Positions 8,301 to 17,340 of a stretch of 20,000 bases of DNA are shown piece after piece. Source of the DNA: an uncultured virus (IMG/VR IMGVR_UViG_2791355488_000009) (Duplodnaviria; Heunggongvirae; Uroviricota; Caudoviricetes); IMG/VR virus record IMGVR_UViG_2791355488_000009. One strand, 5' to 3'. A program made the position numbers and the translations under genes. Position 1 is the stretch's first letter; each line of letters begins with the position of its first letter. The notes under the pieces are model-generated. The model was not told the origin of the DNA. It searched no databases and saw only the letters and a list, made by a program, of their open reading frames with translations.

Positions 8301-10612
8301 ATCAGCTTGTAACAGGCAGTGAAAAAAGAAAATGGAGCTGGCAGCGTACCGGAAAAGTGGTGATGACCGTATTTTTGATACTGGTAATCGCCCTTTTTCT
8401 TGTATCGGCATTGGGAACGGTGGCATACGCTGCTGGACTGGTGGACGATACGGTGAAAGCCGGAAATGAGTACAGCCAATACCCATTAGATAATTACCAG
8501 CTTGATTTTTATGTGGATAGCGGCTGGGACTGGCTCCCGTGGAACTGGCTGGACGGCATTGGAAAGCAGGTCATGTACGGGCTTTACGCTATTACCAATT
8601 TTATCTGGACTATCAGTCTGTATCTTTCCAATGCAACGGGCTATCTGGTGCAGGAAGCCTATTCACTGGATTTTATCTCCGATACGGCAGATTCCATTGG
8701 AAAGAACATACAGACCATTGCCGGAGTGAGCACAAGCGGACTTTCCCCTGACGGCTTTTATAGCGGATTTTTGCTGATTCTCATTTTAATCGTGGGAATT
8801 TACGTTGCCTATACGGGACTTATCAAACGGGAAACCACCAAAGCCATTCATGCGGTGATGAATTTTGTAGTAGTGTTTGTATTGTCGGCGGCGTTTATTG
8901 CCTATGCACCGGACTATATTGGAAAAATCAATGACTTTTCCTCGGACATCAGCAACGCCAGCTTATCCTTAGGAACGAAAATTGTCATGCCGGATTCGGA
9001 AAGTAAGGGAAAAGACAGTGTTGACCTGATTCGTGATAGCCTGTTTTCCATACAGGTAAAACAGCCGTGGCTTTTATTACAGTTCGATAATTCAGACAGT
9101 GAAGCAATCGGAGAAGAACGGATTGACAGCCTGCTCTCTACCAGCCCTGACGCAAACAACGGTAAAGACAGAGAAGAACTTGTAAAAGAAGAAATTGAAG
9201 AGAAAGACAATACAAATCTCACTATCACAAAGACCATCAATCGCTTAGGTATGGTATTTTTCCTGTTCCTCTTTAATATCGGGATTTCGGTTTTTGTATT
9301 TTTACTGACAGGGATTCTGATTTTCTCACAGGTGCTTTTTATTATTTATGCCATGTTCTTGCCTGTCAGTTTCTTGTTGAGTATGATACCCACCTTTGAG
9401 GGAATGACCAAACGTGCCATTACAAAGCTGTTTAATACCATTCTCACAAGAGCAGGAATCACGCTGATTATTACCACGGCGTTTAGTATTTCCACCATGC
9501 TCTATACCCTGTCTGTGGGATATCCGTTCTTTCTGGTGGCATTTTTGCAGATAGTGACCTTTGCCGGAATCTATTTTAAGCTGGGGGATTTAATGAGTAT
9601 GTTCTCCCTGCAAAGCGGAGATTCCCAAAGTGTAGGCAGACAGATCATGAGAAGACCCCGTATGCTCATGCAAGCTCATATGCACCGCTTGCAGCATAAG
9701 CTAGGGCGTTCCGTGGCAGCAATGGGAAAAAATCAAAATACAGGCAAAAAGAACGGAACAAGTGCAGGTACTTCCGCTTCAAGAGCAACGCAGGCAGACC
9801 ATACCAGACCGGAAAATGAAGCTGCCAGCAGACCGGAGCAATCCTCTCTTGGGAAACGTGCCGGAGAAGTGGCAGGAAAAGTGATGGATACCAAAGACCG
9901 GATTCGGGATACCGCAGGTCAGCTAAAGGAGCAGGCAAAGGATTTACCTGTCAATGCCAGATATGCCCTTTATCATGGCAGAACGCAGGTGTCGGAGGGC
10001 ATACAGGATTTTACCTCCGGCGTGACACAGACCAGAGCTGTCAGAAAGGAAGAACGGCAGGAAAAAGCCAAAAATCGGCGAAAAACCATTGCACAGCGTC
10101 GGTCAGAAATGGAACAGGCAAGGCAGCAAACAGCTTCCAATATAGAAAAAACACCAAATGTATCTAAAGTGGGCGGCTCGGTTCATGAAAGACCTGCTAC
10201 TGCCCCAGCCGGACAATCCCGTCCGATTGTTGACAGTCCGGCACAAGTGACCAGACCTACCGTACAGCCGGAACCTGCCAGAACTACTGCCCAAAGACCT
10301 GTTGTTTCTGCTAAGGGAGAACAACAAAGGCTCGATAGAGTACCCGACCATCAGACTGCACGACCAGAACAGCAGGCAGAAAGACAGATTTCTTCTGAAA
10401 GGCAGTCTACACAAAGAACTGTTTCTTTCAGTCAGAGGGAACGTGCCTTTCCGGTAGAACGACAAACGCAATCTGGCAGCTCCCCTGCTCCTGTTCAAAA
10501 ACGGGTATTACGGCAATCCGCCCCAAAACGCAGATTTACCGTGAAACGGGAACAGAAAATAAAGGGTTCTGCCATTCCTCCGACCAGCAGAAAGGAGGAA
10601 CCGAAACTATGA
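8297..10612 (+). CDS. Orf15-like polytopic conjugation membrane protein (VirB6-like)
   Basis: YPLDNYQLDFYVD..WDWLPWNW motif, many hydrophobic segments, long hydrophilic C-tail; ATGA overlaps at both ends. Confidence 0.9.
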   Translation: MNQLVTGSEKRKWSWQRTGKVVMTVFLILVIALFLVSALGTVAYAAGLVDDTVKAGNEYSQYPLDNYQLDFYVDSGWDWLPWNWLDGIGKQVMYGLYAITNFIWTISLYLSNATGYLVQEAYSLDFISDTADSIGKNIQTIAGVSTSGLSPDGFYSGFLLILILIVGIYVAYTGLIKRETTKAIHAVMNFVVVFVLSAAFIAYAPDYIGKINDFSSDISNASLSLGTKIVMPDSESKGKDSVDLIRDSLFSIQVKQPWLLLQFDNSDSEAIGEERIDSLLSTSPDANNGKDREELVKEEIEEKDNTNLTITKTINRLGMVFFLFLFNIGISVFVFLLTGILIFSQVLFIIYAMFLPVSFLLSMIPTFEGMTKRAITKLFNTILTRAGITLIITTAFSISTMLYTLSVGYPFFLVAFLQIVTFAGIYFKLGDLMSMFSLQSGDSQSVGRQIMRRPRMLMQAHMHRLQHKLGRSVAAMGKNQNTGKKNGTSAGTSASRATQADHTRPENEAASRPEQSSLGKRAGEVAGKVMDTKDRIRDTAGQLKEQAKDLPVNARYALYHGRTQVSEGIQDFTSGVTQTRAVRKEERQEKAKNRRKTIAQRRSEMEQARQQTASNIEKTPNVSKVGGSVHERPATAPAGQSRPIVDSPAQVTRPTVQPEPARTTAQRPVVSAKGEQQRLDRVPDHQTARPEQQAERQISSERQSTQRTVSFSQRERAFPVERQTQSGSSPAPVQKRVLRQSAPKRRFTVKREQKIKGSAIPPTSRKEEPKL

Positions 10613-11607
10613 GAGGAAAGCCTATCCTGATTGCCTTTTCCGGTGTGTTCCTCTTAATTTTCTCGCTTCTTTTGCTGGTAGTGATTCTTTTTTCGGAGGA
10701 AGAAGACGGAGGACATGACCTGTCATACGGGGGTGCAAACGTATCAGCGGAGGTGCTGGCACACAAGCCCATGTTAGAGAAGTACGCCAGAGAATACGGC
10801 ATAGAAGATTATATCAATGTGCTACTCGCAATCATACAGGTAGAATCCGGCGGTACATTGGAAGACGTTATGCAGTCCTCGGAATCTATGGGCTTGCCGC
10901 CAAACACGCTAAGTGCAGAGGAATCCATCAAACAGGGGTGCAAGTATTTTGCTTCCCTGCTGGAATCCGCAAAAGCAAAGGGCTGTGACCTAAATTCCGT
11001 TATCCAGTCCTATAACTATGGTGGCGGCTTTCTTGACTACGTGGCAAAGCGTGGGAAGAAATACACGTTCCAGCTTGCGGAGAGTTTTTCAAAAACACAG
11101 TCTGACGGTGTAAAGGTGACTTATTCCAATCCTATCGCTGTTCAGAAAAACGGCGGCTGGCGGTACGATTACGGAAATATGTTCTATGTATTGCTGGTAT
11201 CAGAATACCTGACAATGCCGCAGTTTGATGATAAAACGGTACAGGCTGTCATGACAGAAGCCCTAAAATATGAGGGCTGGCGGTATGTATACGGCGGTGC
11301 TTCTCCGACCACTTCCTTTGATTGCAGTGGTCTGGTTCAGTGGTGCTACGGGAAAGCTGGGATTTCCCTGCCACGAACCGCACAGGAGCAATACGACGTG
11401 ACCCAGAATATCCCTTTATCCGAAGCAAAGGCTGGGGATTTGGTCTTTTTTCAAGGCACCTATGACGCAGGTACTTACATTACCCATGTGGGGATATATC
11501 AGGGAAACAACCGTATGTATCATGCCGGTGACCCAATCGGCTATACCGCTTTAACCAGTTCTTATTGGCAGCAACATTTGGTTGGTGCAGGAAGAATCAA
11601 ACAATAG
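10609..11607 (+). CDS. Orf14-like peptidoglycan hydrolase (lysozyme-like plus NlpC/P60)
   Basis: LAIIQVESGG...DVMQSSES...QSYNYG; FDCSGLVQWCY...LPRTAQEQY...GDLVFF...HVGIY. Confidence 0.93.
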   Translation: MRGKPILIAFSGVFLLIFSLLLLVVILFSEEEDGGHDLSYGGANVSAEVLAHKPMLEKYAREYGIEDYINVLLAIIQVESGGTLEDVMQSSESMGLPPNTLSAEESIKQGCKYFASLLESAKAKGCDLNSVIQSYNYGGGFLDYVAKRGKKYTFQLAESFSKTQSDGVKVTYSNPIAVQKNGGWRYDYGNMFYVLLVSEYLTMPQFDDKTVQAVMTEALKYEGWRYVYGGASPTTSFDCSGLVQWCYGKAGISLPRTAQEQYDVTQNIPLSEAKAGDLVFFQGTYDAGTYITHVGIYQGNNRMYHAGDPIGYTALTSSYWQQHLVGAGRIKQ

Positions 11608-11623
11608 AAAGGACGATATTACT

Positions 11624-12529
11624 ATGAATTTAAGGAAAAAACAAGGACAACCGGAGCAGGTAAAAGAGAAAAAGCTCCATGTTTACAAAGTAAATACCCA
11701 CAAGAAAACGGTCATAGCCTTGTGGGTACTTTTGGCAGTTAGTTTCTGTTTTGCGGTCTATAAGAATTTCACCGCAATCGACATACACACCGTTCACGAA
11801 ACAAAGGTAGTAGAGGAAAAAGTTGTGGATACCCATAAGATAGAAAACTTTGTGGAGGATTTCGCCAAAGTTTATTATTCTTGGGAACAGATGGCAGCTT
11901 CCCTTGATAACCGGAATGACGCTATCAAGCATTACCTGACCGCAGAATTACAGGCACTTAATACCGACACTATCCGAAAGGATATTCCGGTTTCCTCCTC
12001 TGTCAGTGATGTGCAGATTTGGTCTGTGTCACAGGACGGAGAAAACCAGTTTAAAGTGGCTTATACGATAGACCAGCTTATTACAGAGGGAGAAAACAAA
12101 AAAACGGTACGCTCTGCTTATGAAGTAGTGGTTTATGTAGACAGCTCTGGAAATATGATTATCACAAAAAATCCCACTATTTGCAGTGTACCCGAAAAAT
12201 CCGGCTATGAACCAAAAGCAAAAGAAAGTGACGGAACGGTAGACGCAGCAACAACCAATGAAATCAATGAGTTTTTAACTACATTTTTCAAGCTCTATCC
12301 TACCGCTACAGCAAAAGAGCTGTCTTATTATGTGAATGACGGCGTATTAAAGCCAATCGGAAAAGACTATGTGTTTTCAGCGCTGATAAATCCTATCTAT
12401 AACCGAAGCGGTAATCAGGTGATGGTTTCGCTGGCGGTCAAATATCTGGATAAGCAGACAAAGGCAACGCAAATATCTCAATTTGATTTGGTGCTGGAAA
12501 AGAACGAAAACTGGAAGATTGTAAAATAA
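11624..12529 (+). CDS. Orf13/TcpC-like conjugal transfer protein (VirB8-like)
   Basis: One N-terminal TM segment, YKNFTAID, FLTTFFKLYPTA..ELSYY; ATG 11624 after AAAGGA. Confidence 0.9.
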   Translation: MNLRKKQGQPEQVKEKKLHVYKVNTHKKTVIALWVLLAVSFCFAVYKNFTAIDIHTVHETKVVEEKVVDTHKIENFVEDFAKVYYSWEQMAASLDNRNDAIKHYLTAELQALNTDTIRKDIPVSSSVSDVQIWSVSQDGENQFKVAYTIDQLITEGENKKTVRSAYEVVVYVDSSGNMIITKNPTICSVPEKSGYEPKAKESDGTVDAATTNEINEFLTTFFKLYPTATAKELSYYVNDGVLKPIGKDYVFSALINPIYNRSGNQVMVSLAVKYLDKQTKATQISQFDLVLEKNENWKIVK

Positions 12530-12537
12530 GAAAAAGC

Positions 12538-12581
12538 CCGGTAGTCTGCTATTTTATAACTAGCTATTAATAGACTACCGG
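12538..12581. terminator. Inverted repeat after orf13, possible terminator between converging units
   Basis: CCGGTAGTCT (12538-12547) and AGACTACCGG (12572-12581); the A-run just before it would be a U-tract on the minus strand. Confidence 0.45.
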
Positions 12582-12960
12582 AACTTTCCTGTCACTATTC
12601 AATTCTGTTTGGGACATTCATTCGTCCTCTGTTTCTACTTCCTTAACCTTTATCGCTCATATCCATCAAGCAGGCTGTCAAGGTGTCTGCGCTGCGTAGA
12701 TTTATCTATTTGCTTATTGGGAAAAAGTATTGGTCAACGGATACATCAAGTAGCGTTCAGTACCATATCCCTCTTCTTCAATAAAGCCTGTATAAAAAGT
12801 AACAAACATATATCACTTTTTACCTTTAAAATATCAATATCTGTGGTGTCATTATCTCGTCCCTTGACTGTGCTGACATAAAAGACTATTGCATTTCGCT
12901 CCACATATTCTATAGGGAAATCCTTATTCATTACATCAACTTTTTTGTGATTCAAAAGTT

Positions 12961-13851
12961 CTAAAGTTTTGTTTCTGGCAATGAAAAATTATCTATAAAA
13001 TATTTTATATATTTTTCCTTTGGTTTACCCTGATATGCAATCCCATATTCTATTGTATCCTGCTCTTGTATAGGAATAGCTACTATATCTTTCCAATCGT
13101 TAGATATGCAAAATTCTGGCATAATTGCTATTCCATAACCTGCTTTTGCAAGTAAAATTCCAACTTGGTCATTTTCACATATAAAGCCTAAATGTTGTTG
13201 TGAATGAATGGTTATCTTTTCCTGTATTTTATTTTGATATTGAAAAGGAATTAATTTGGGATGTAAAGTAATTAGACAGCTATCTTTTAAGTCGTCAAAA
13301 GTCAATTTTTTGTAGTTACTAAACGGAGAATTAGCAGGCATAACCGCATATTTTGTAAGAACTTTTATTTTTTTAAAAGTACAATTCCTAATATCTTTAA
13401 TCATCTCTTTCGTGGAAAGCATAATATCTATCTGCTTATTTATGAATAGATTTACAATCTGGGAATAATCATTGATTGAAATAACTGGATATACTCTAGG
13501 GTATTCTTGTTGCAAGCCTGATAAAATATCAGATAAACTATTCAATTCCGCATTACTTGTACAGCCAATACGAATAAAAATAATGTTACGTGTTGCTGCT
13601 TTTTCAACATGCTTCTTAGAAATATCAATTTTCATTAATATTTCTTTTGCATCACTATAAAAAGATATGCCGGCTTCTGTCAATTTCACCATTTTAGAAG
13701 TACGAATAAATAATTTGGTATTTAGTTCTTCTTCCAAACTTCTAATATGATGTGTGACGGTAGGGGGCGATAAATAAAGTTCCTCTGCTGCTTTAGTAAA
13801 ATTTAATTTATCAGCAACATTTATAAAGCATTGCAATTGTTGTGTATTCAC
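12961..13851 (-). CDS. LysR-family transcriptional regulator
   Basis: 296 aa; HTH LNFTKAAEELYLSPPTVTHHIRSLEEELNTKLFIRT...LTEAG; GTG start with SD AGGAGG. Confidence 0.95.
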   Translation of the reverse strand: MNTQQLQCFINVADKLNFTKAAEELYLSPPTVTHHIRSLEEELNTKLFIRTSKMVKLTEAGISFYSDAKEILMKIDISKKHVEKAATRNIIFIRIGCTSNAELNSLSDILSGLQQEYPRVYPVISINDYSQIVNLFINKQIDIMLSTKEMIKDIRNCTFKKIKVLTKYAVMPANSPFSNYKKLTFDDLKDSCLITLHPKLIPFQYQNKIQEKITIHSQQHLGFICENDQVGILLAKAGYGIAIMPEFCISNDWKDIVAIPIQEQDTIEYGIAYQGKPKEKYIKYFIDNFSLPETKL

Positions 13852-13911
13852 TTGACTTCCTCCTTTTGTCTAAGTTAATTATAAAACAGTTAATCAATCA
13901 TTTCAATATAT

Positions 13912-13930
13912 CATTAGAATTTATCTAATG
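13912..13930. promoter_or_regulatory. Putative LysR binding site (T-N11-A dyad)
   Basis: CATTAGA-attta-TCTAATG perfect dyad in the divergent intergenic region. Confidence 0.6.
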
Positions 13931-14165
13931 GCATTACGCTTTTTGAAATTCTCATTTTTCTTTTATTATGTTAAATTGTACATGGTGCTTTTATATAGAT
14001 GAATACATTTATTTAAAAATGTTACCGCTCAACACGATAAAAAGTTATTTGGAAAGAACCAGATGATAGGCAATAATGGGAGAACCATAAAGAAGAATTT
14101 ATCTAATAAATTGAGTGTTTCAGATAATATTGCCTGTAAAGGATATAGAAATAAAGGAGGATATC

Positions 14166-14282
14166 ATGCGTTTTATTATTACAAGTACAGATGGAAAACA
14201 TGGTGGAAGAGTTGTAGAAAATTTGCTAAAGAAAATGATTTTTCAAACGTGCCCTAGAGAAACTATCTTTAGTCCGCCATGA
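14166..14282 (+). pseudogene. 38-codon relic of an NmrA/SDR-like NAD(P)-binding protein
   Basis: SD AAAGGAGG, then MRFIITSTDGKHGGRVVENLLKK, resembling a degenerate Rossmann N-terminus (TGxxGxxG); TGA at 14280-14282. Confidence 0.5.
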
Positions 14283-14387
14283 CCATATCTAATATTAAGA
14301 ATAAGAAAGAGTCAGAAATCTGTGAATTTGAGATATAAAGAAAGTAAATAATTTTTTTAAGTAAATCACGTAAAAGGAACGATATAA

Positions 14388-15794
14388 ATGGAAATTTCAT
14401 ATGAGAGAAAAATAGATTTAAAGTTAATATTATCAATTATAGCAACGGGACTGATGTCCTTTACAGGCGTAGTTGTTGAAACAGCTATGAATGTTACTTT
14501 TCCAACATTAATGGAACAATTTAACGTAGGTACCTCAACAGTACAATGGGTAACTACAGGCTATTTGCTAGTTTTAGCTATAATTATTCCAGCTTCTTCA
14601 TTTTTAAAGAAACGATTTATGACTAAACATCTATTCCTGTTTGCTAATATTATGTTTATAATTGGTACGGTTCTTGCTGCGACAGCCCCATCCTTTAGTT
14701 TATTATTAATAGGCAGGATACTGCAAGGAATAGGAACAGGAATAGCTTTACCGCTAATGTATAATATTGTGCTAGAACAAACACCTTTAAATAAATTAGG
14801 ACTAATGATGGGAATTGCTACATTAATTATTGCTGTAGCACCTGCCGCAGGTCCTTCATTAGGGGGATTTATTGTATATTCATTCAATTGGCGGATGATA
14901 TTTATTGTTTTGTTGCCAATATTGGTACTTTCTTTTTTTATAGGATTGTTTTCCATTCGCCAAGTAAGACCAACTGAAAAGGTGACATTTGATTGGTTTG
15001 AATATGTATTTTTAGCCATAGGCTTTACTTGTTTTATTTTTGCTGTAAGTTTCGCTGGAATAATGGGCTGGGGAAGCTTTCAGGTTATTGGATTATTTGT
15101 ACTTAGTATTATTTCTCTAGTTGTGTTTTACAGGCATTCTAAAAAAAATGATGCACCAATTATTAATCTTCATGTGCTACAGTATAAATCATTTTCATTC
15201 AGCGTTGTGGCGTTAATGCTAATTCAATTTATTTGTTTGGGGTTAGGATTTTTAATTCCGAACTATGCACAGATTGTATCCGGTAAAAATGCGTTAGTCG
15301 CAGGCTGTATTTTATTACCAGGCTGTATTCTGGGAGCCATATTAACACCTATTAGCGGACGTTTGTTAGACAAGTTTGGCGCAAAGAAGCCAATTTTAAT
15401 TGGTATCACATTTATTACGATATCAACCTTATTTTATAGTATCTTTGCTCTAAATATGACTATATTACTTTTTGTTCTTTTTTATATATTATTTGGAATT
15501 GGACAAAGTTTTTCAACAGGAAATGTAATGACAAATGGTTTGAAGCAGTTACCGGAAAAAATGAATTTAGATGGTAATGCAGTTTTTAATACTATACAGC
15601 AGTTGGCAGGAGCAATTGGAACATCGGTTGTATCAACTATTGTATCGACCGCACAGGTAAAATTACCAGATGATTTGGCTGCGGCTACAATGCTAGGAAG
15701 CCGTAATGCATTCATATTACTATTGATACTGGCATTTATAGCATTTTTTTGTTTATTAAGAGTTCTTTGTTATATTTCAAGCAAGAAAATATAA
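14388..15794 (+). CDS. MFS efflux transporter, DHA2 (LmrB/EmrB-like) family
   Basis: 468 aa, roughly 14 hydrophobic segments; ETAMNVTFP, VQWVTTGYLL, LLIGRILQGIG, APAAGPSLGG, GRLLDKFG. Confidence 0.92.
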   Translation: MEISYERKIDLKLILSIIATGLMSFTGVVVETAMNVTFPTLMEQFNVGTSTVQWVTTGYLLVLAIIIPASSFLKKRFMTKHLFLFANIMFIIGTVLAATAPSFSLLLIGRILQGIGTGIALPLMYNIVLEQTPLNKLGLMMGIATLIIAVAPAAGPSLGGFIVYSFNWRMIFIVLLPILVLSFFIGLFSIRQVRPTEKVTFDWFEYVFLAIGFTCFIFAVSFAGIMGWGSFQVIGLFVLSIISLVVFYRHSKKNDAPIINLHVLQYKSFSFSVVALMLIQFICLGLGFLIPNYAQIVSGKNALVAGCILLPGCILGAILTPISGRLLDKFGAKKPILIGITFITISTLFYSIFALNMTILLFVLFYILFGIGQSFSTGNVMTNGLKQLPEKMNLDGNAVFNTIQQLAGAIGTSVVSTIVSTAQVKLPDDLAAATMLGSRNAFILLLILAFIAFFCLLRVLCYISSKKI

Positions 15795-16129
15795 AGTATA
15801 TACAACTATGAGTAAGGAGGCGGAAGTCTGTATCCTTTGGTCTGTTATACGAGATAGATAATCTAATAATGTTGTATATTAATGTAATAAAGCTGATTAC
15901 TTTATAGTTAGTAATATAATCTATCCGACATATGAGAACTAGCATAATACAGCCCCAAAAGTAGACTGTATACAGTAACCTACGCGGATAGTTCAAATGT
16001 TTCCACATGCATAGTTGTATTGAAAAAAATGTTAGATAAGTTTAATAAAAAACATATTGCCAAAAGGGGAATTAAAAACCGTATATTGGTATTATGATTT
16101 TTTTGCTTCAAAATCATATTTTATCACCA

Positions 16130-16165
16130 GACGACGGTTTAAATGAGCCGCCGTCTTTTGTTTTT
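16130..16165 (+). terminator. Intrinsic terminator-like hairpin upstream of the regulatory region
   Basis: AGACGACGGTTT...GAGCCGCCGTCT followed by TTTGTTTTT. Confidence 0.55.
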
Positions 16166-16238
16166 GATATAGAATCTACGGGAAAATATAATAGATTTAA
16201 TAATTGAGGTTCATGGCGGCGAAAAGGAGGTAGCCGTC

Positions 16239-16310
16239 ATGAACACTGCTATTTTTCAATACGTAACTGTTTCTGATGAAACGGTTCCCAAAAGTATTTT
16301 TCGCAAATAG
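16239..16310 (+). CDS. 23 aa small ORF (MNTAIFQYVTVSDETVPKSIFRK), putative leader peptide
   Basis: Strong SD AAGGAGGT upstream; the ATG lies in the 3' arm of hairpin 16209-16244. Confidence 0.35.
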   Translation: MNTAIFQYVTVSDETVPKSIFRK

Positions 16311-16537
16311 AGAAAAACAATTATCTATATGTTTATTTATAATACATAAGAAAAATAAAGAAGGTACACAGACAGAGATATTACTCTGTTCGTGTGCCTT
16401 TTTTGATTCTCAAACAAATCTCATTAATTCTTCTGAAAAACGCAACAAATATCACCTCTCCGGTGAGAGTCAGTGCGAAAGGGGGCAAGAGAAACCGAAG
16501 TTTCTCTCCCTGCTGGCTGGAAGGGGGGTGATATTCT

Positions 16538-17008
16538 ATGAAGCCATCTTCTTTCAATTCCATTCCGGTAAAAGAACTAACACAGCAGGTCAACCGTGAT
16601 TTTCAGACAACGATTCAGTACCAATTTGATTGTTTGGCAAGAAAGGTCATGATTCGCACACAAAGCAACTGCCGCCGTACTGCCGGAAGAAAAATCCGTA
16701 AAGAATGCCCGTTTTCCGAATTGCCGGAAAAGGAACTGAACCGTCTGCAAACGTTAGATACCTACCATCTGGACGGAAAGTATTATCTGATTCTGAAATT
16801 CCGTGTGGAAGTCGGGAATGAAGCGGTTGCAAATGCTTTGGACAACCTGCCGGAGGAAAAGCGGAACATTCTTCTAATGTTCTACTTTCTTGAAATGTCT
16901 GACGCTGAAATAGCGTTGGAGCTTGGTAAAGACCGCAGTACTATTTACCGCAGTCGTACCAGCGCATTAGCTGCCTTAAAAAAGCGATTGGAGGTTGAAG
17001 ACCTGTGA
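16538..17008 (+). CDS. Orf7-like sigma-70 region 4 domain regulator
   Basis: MKPSSF...FQTTI..QFD start; LPEEKRNILLMFYFLEMSDAEIALELGKDRSTIYRSRTSAL HTH. Confidence 0.88.
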   Translation: MKPSSFNSIPVKELTQQVNRDFQTTIQYQFDCLARKVMIRTQSNCRRTAGRKIRKECPFSELPEKELNRLQTLDTYHLDGKYYLILKFRVEVGNEAVANALDNLPEEKRNILLMFYFLEMSDAEIALELGKDRSTIYRSRTSALAALKKRLEVEDL

Positions 17009-17232
17009 AGAAAGAAAAAAATCTCCTGCCTTATACCACAATTAAAGCCGCTACAGAGAGTGACGCTATAGCGATACAAAAAATTTTGAAGCATTACGAG
17101 GGTTACATAGCGAAGCTGTCTACAAAGATTCTTTCCGACGAGTACGGAAAAGAATACTGCATTGTGGATAAGGACGTACAGGAGCAGCTTACAACAGCAT
17201 TGTTACAAATGATACTGGATTTTGAGATTTAA
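17005..17232 (+). CDS. Orf8-like helix-turn-helix protein
   Basis: 75 aa LLPYTTIKAA..DAIAIQKILKHYEGYIAKLS...DEYG; GTGA overlap with orf7; SD GGAGG. Confidence 0.88.
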   Translation: MKKEKNLLPYTTIKAATESDAIAIQKILKHYEGYIAKLSTKILSDEYGKEYCIVDKDVQEQLTTALLQMILDFEI

Positions 17233-17340
17233 GAGAAAGGGCGTGTGATTTTCATTTTCTCATGCGCCCTACTCTCTTCTAACTGCCAATCTATCAAAGC
17301 ATACTGTCATACGGTGTGTTTTGACAGGCTGACAAGCCAC

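Noticed and set aside
9700..10612. Low-complexity Q/R/P/T-rich tail of Orf15 as a repeat or separate gene
   Set aside because: No discrete repeat unit; variable hydrophilic tails are usual in this family.
2377..11932. Many antisense or alternate-frame ORFs in the transfer module (e.g. 4462-4950, 4824-5294, 7682-8095, 10103-10498)
   Set aside because: They overlap well-supported genes and have no motifs; treated as shadow ORFs.
12609..12955. Short ORFs and a minus-strand fragment (FYTGFIEEEGYGTERYLMYPL) between orf13 and lysR
   Set aside because: Possibly a decayed gene, but no family is recognisable without a BLASTX search.
16276..16599. 107 aa ORF upstream of orf7
   Set aside because: No clear SD or motif; overlaps orf7 out of frame.
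17234..17277. Hairpin AGGGCGTGTGA...TCATGCGCCCT after orf8 as a terminator
   Set aside because: The stem is real but lacks a clear U-tract; function left unassigned.
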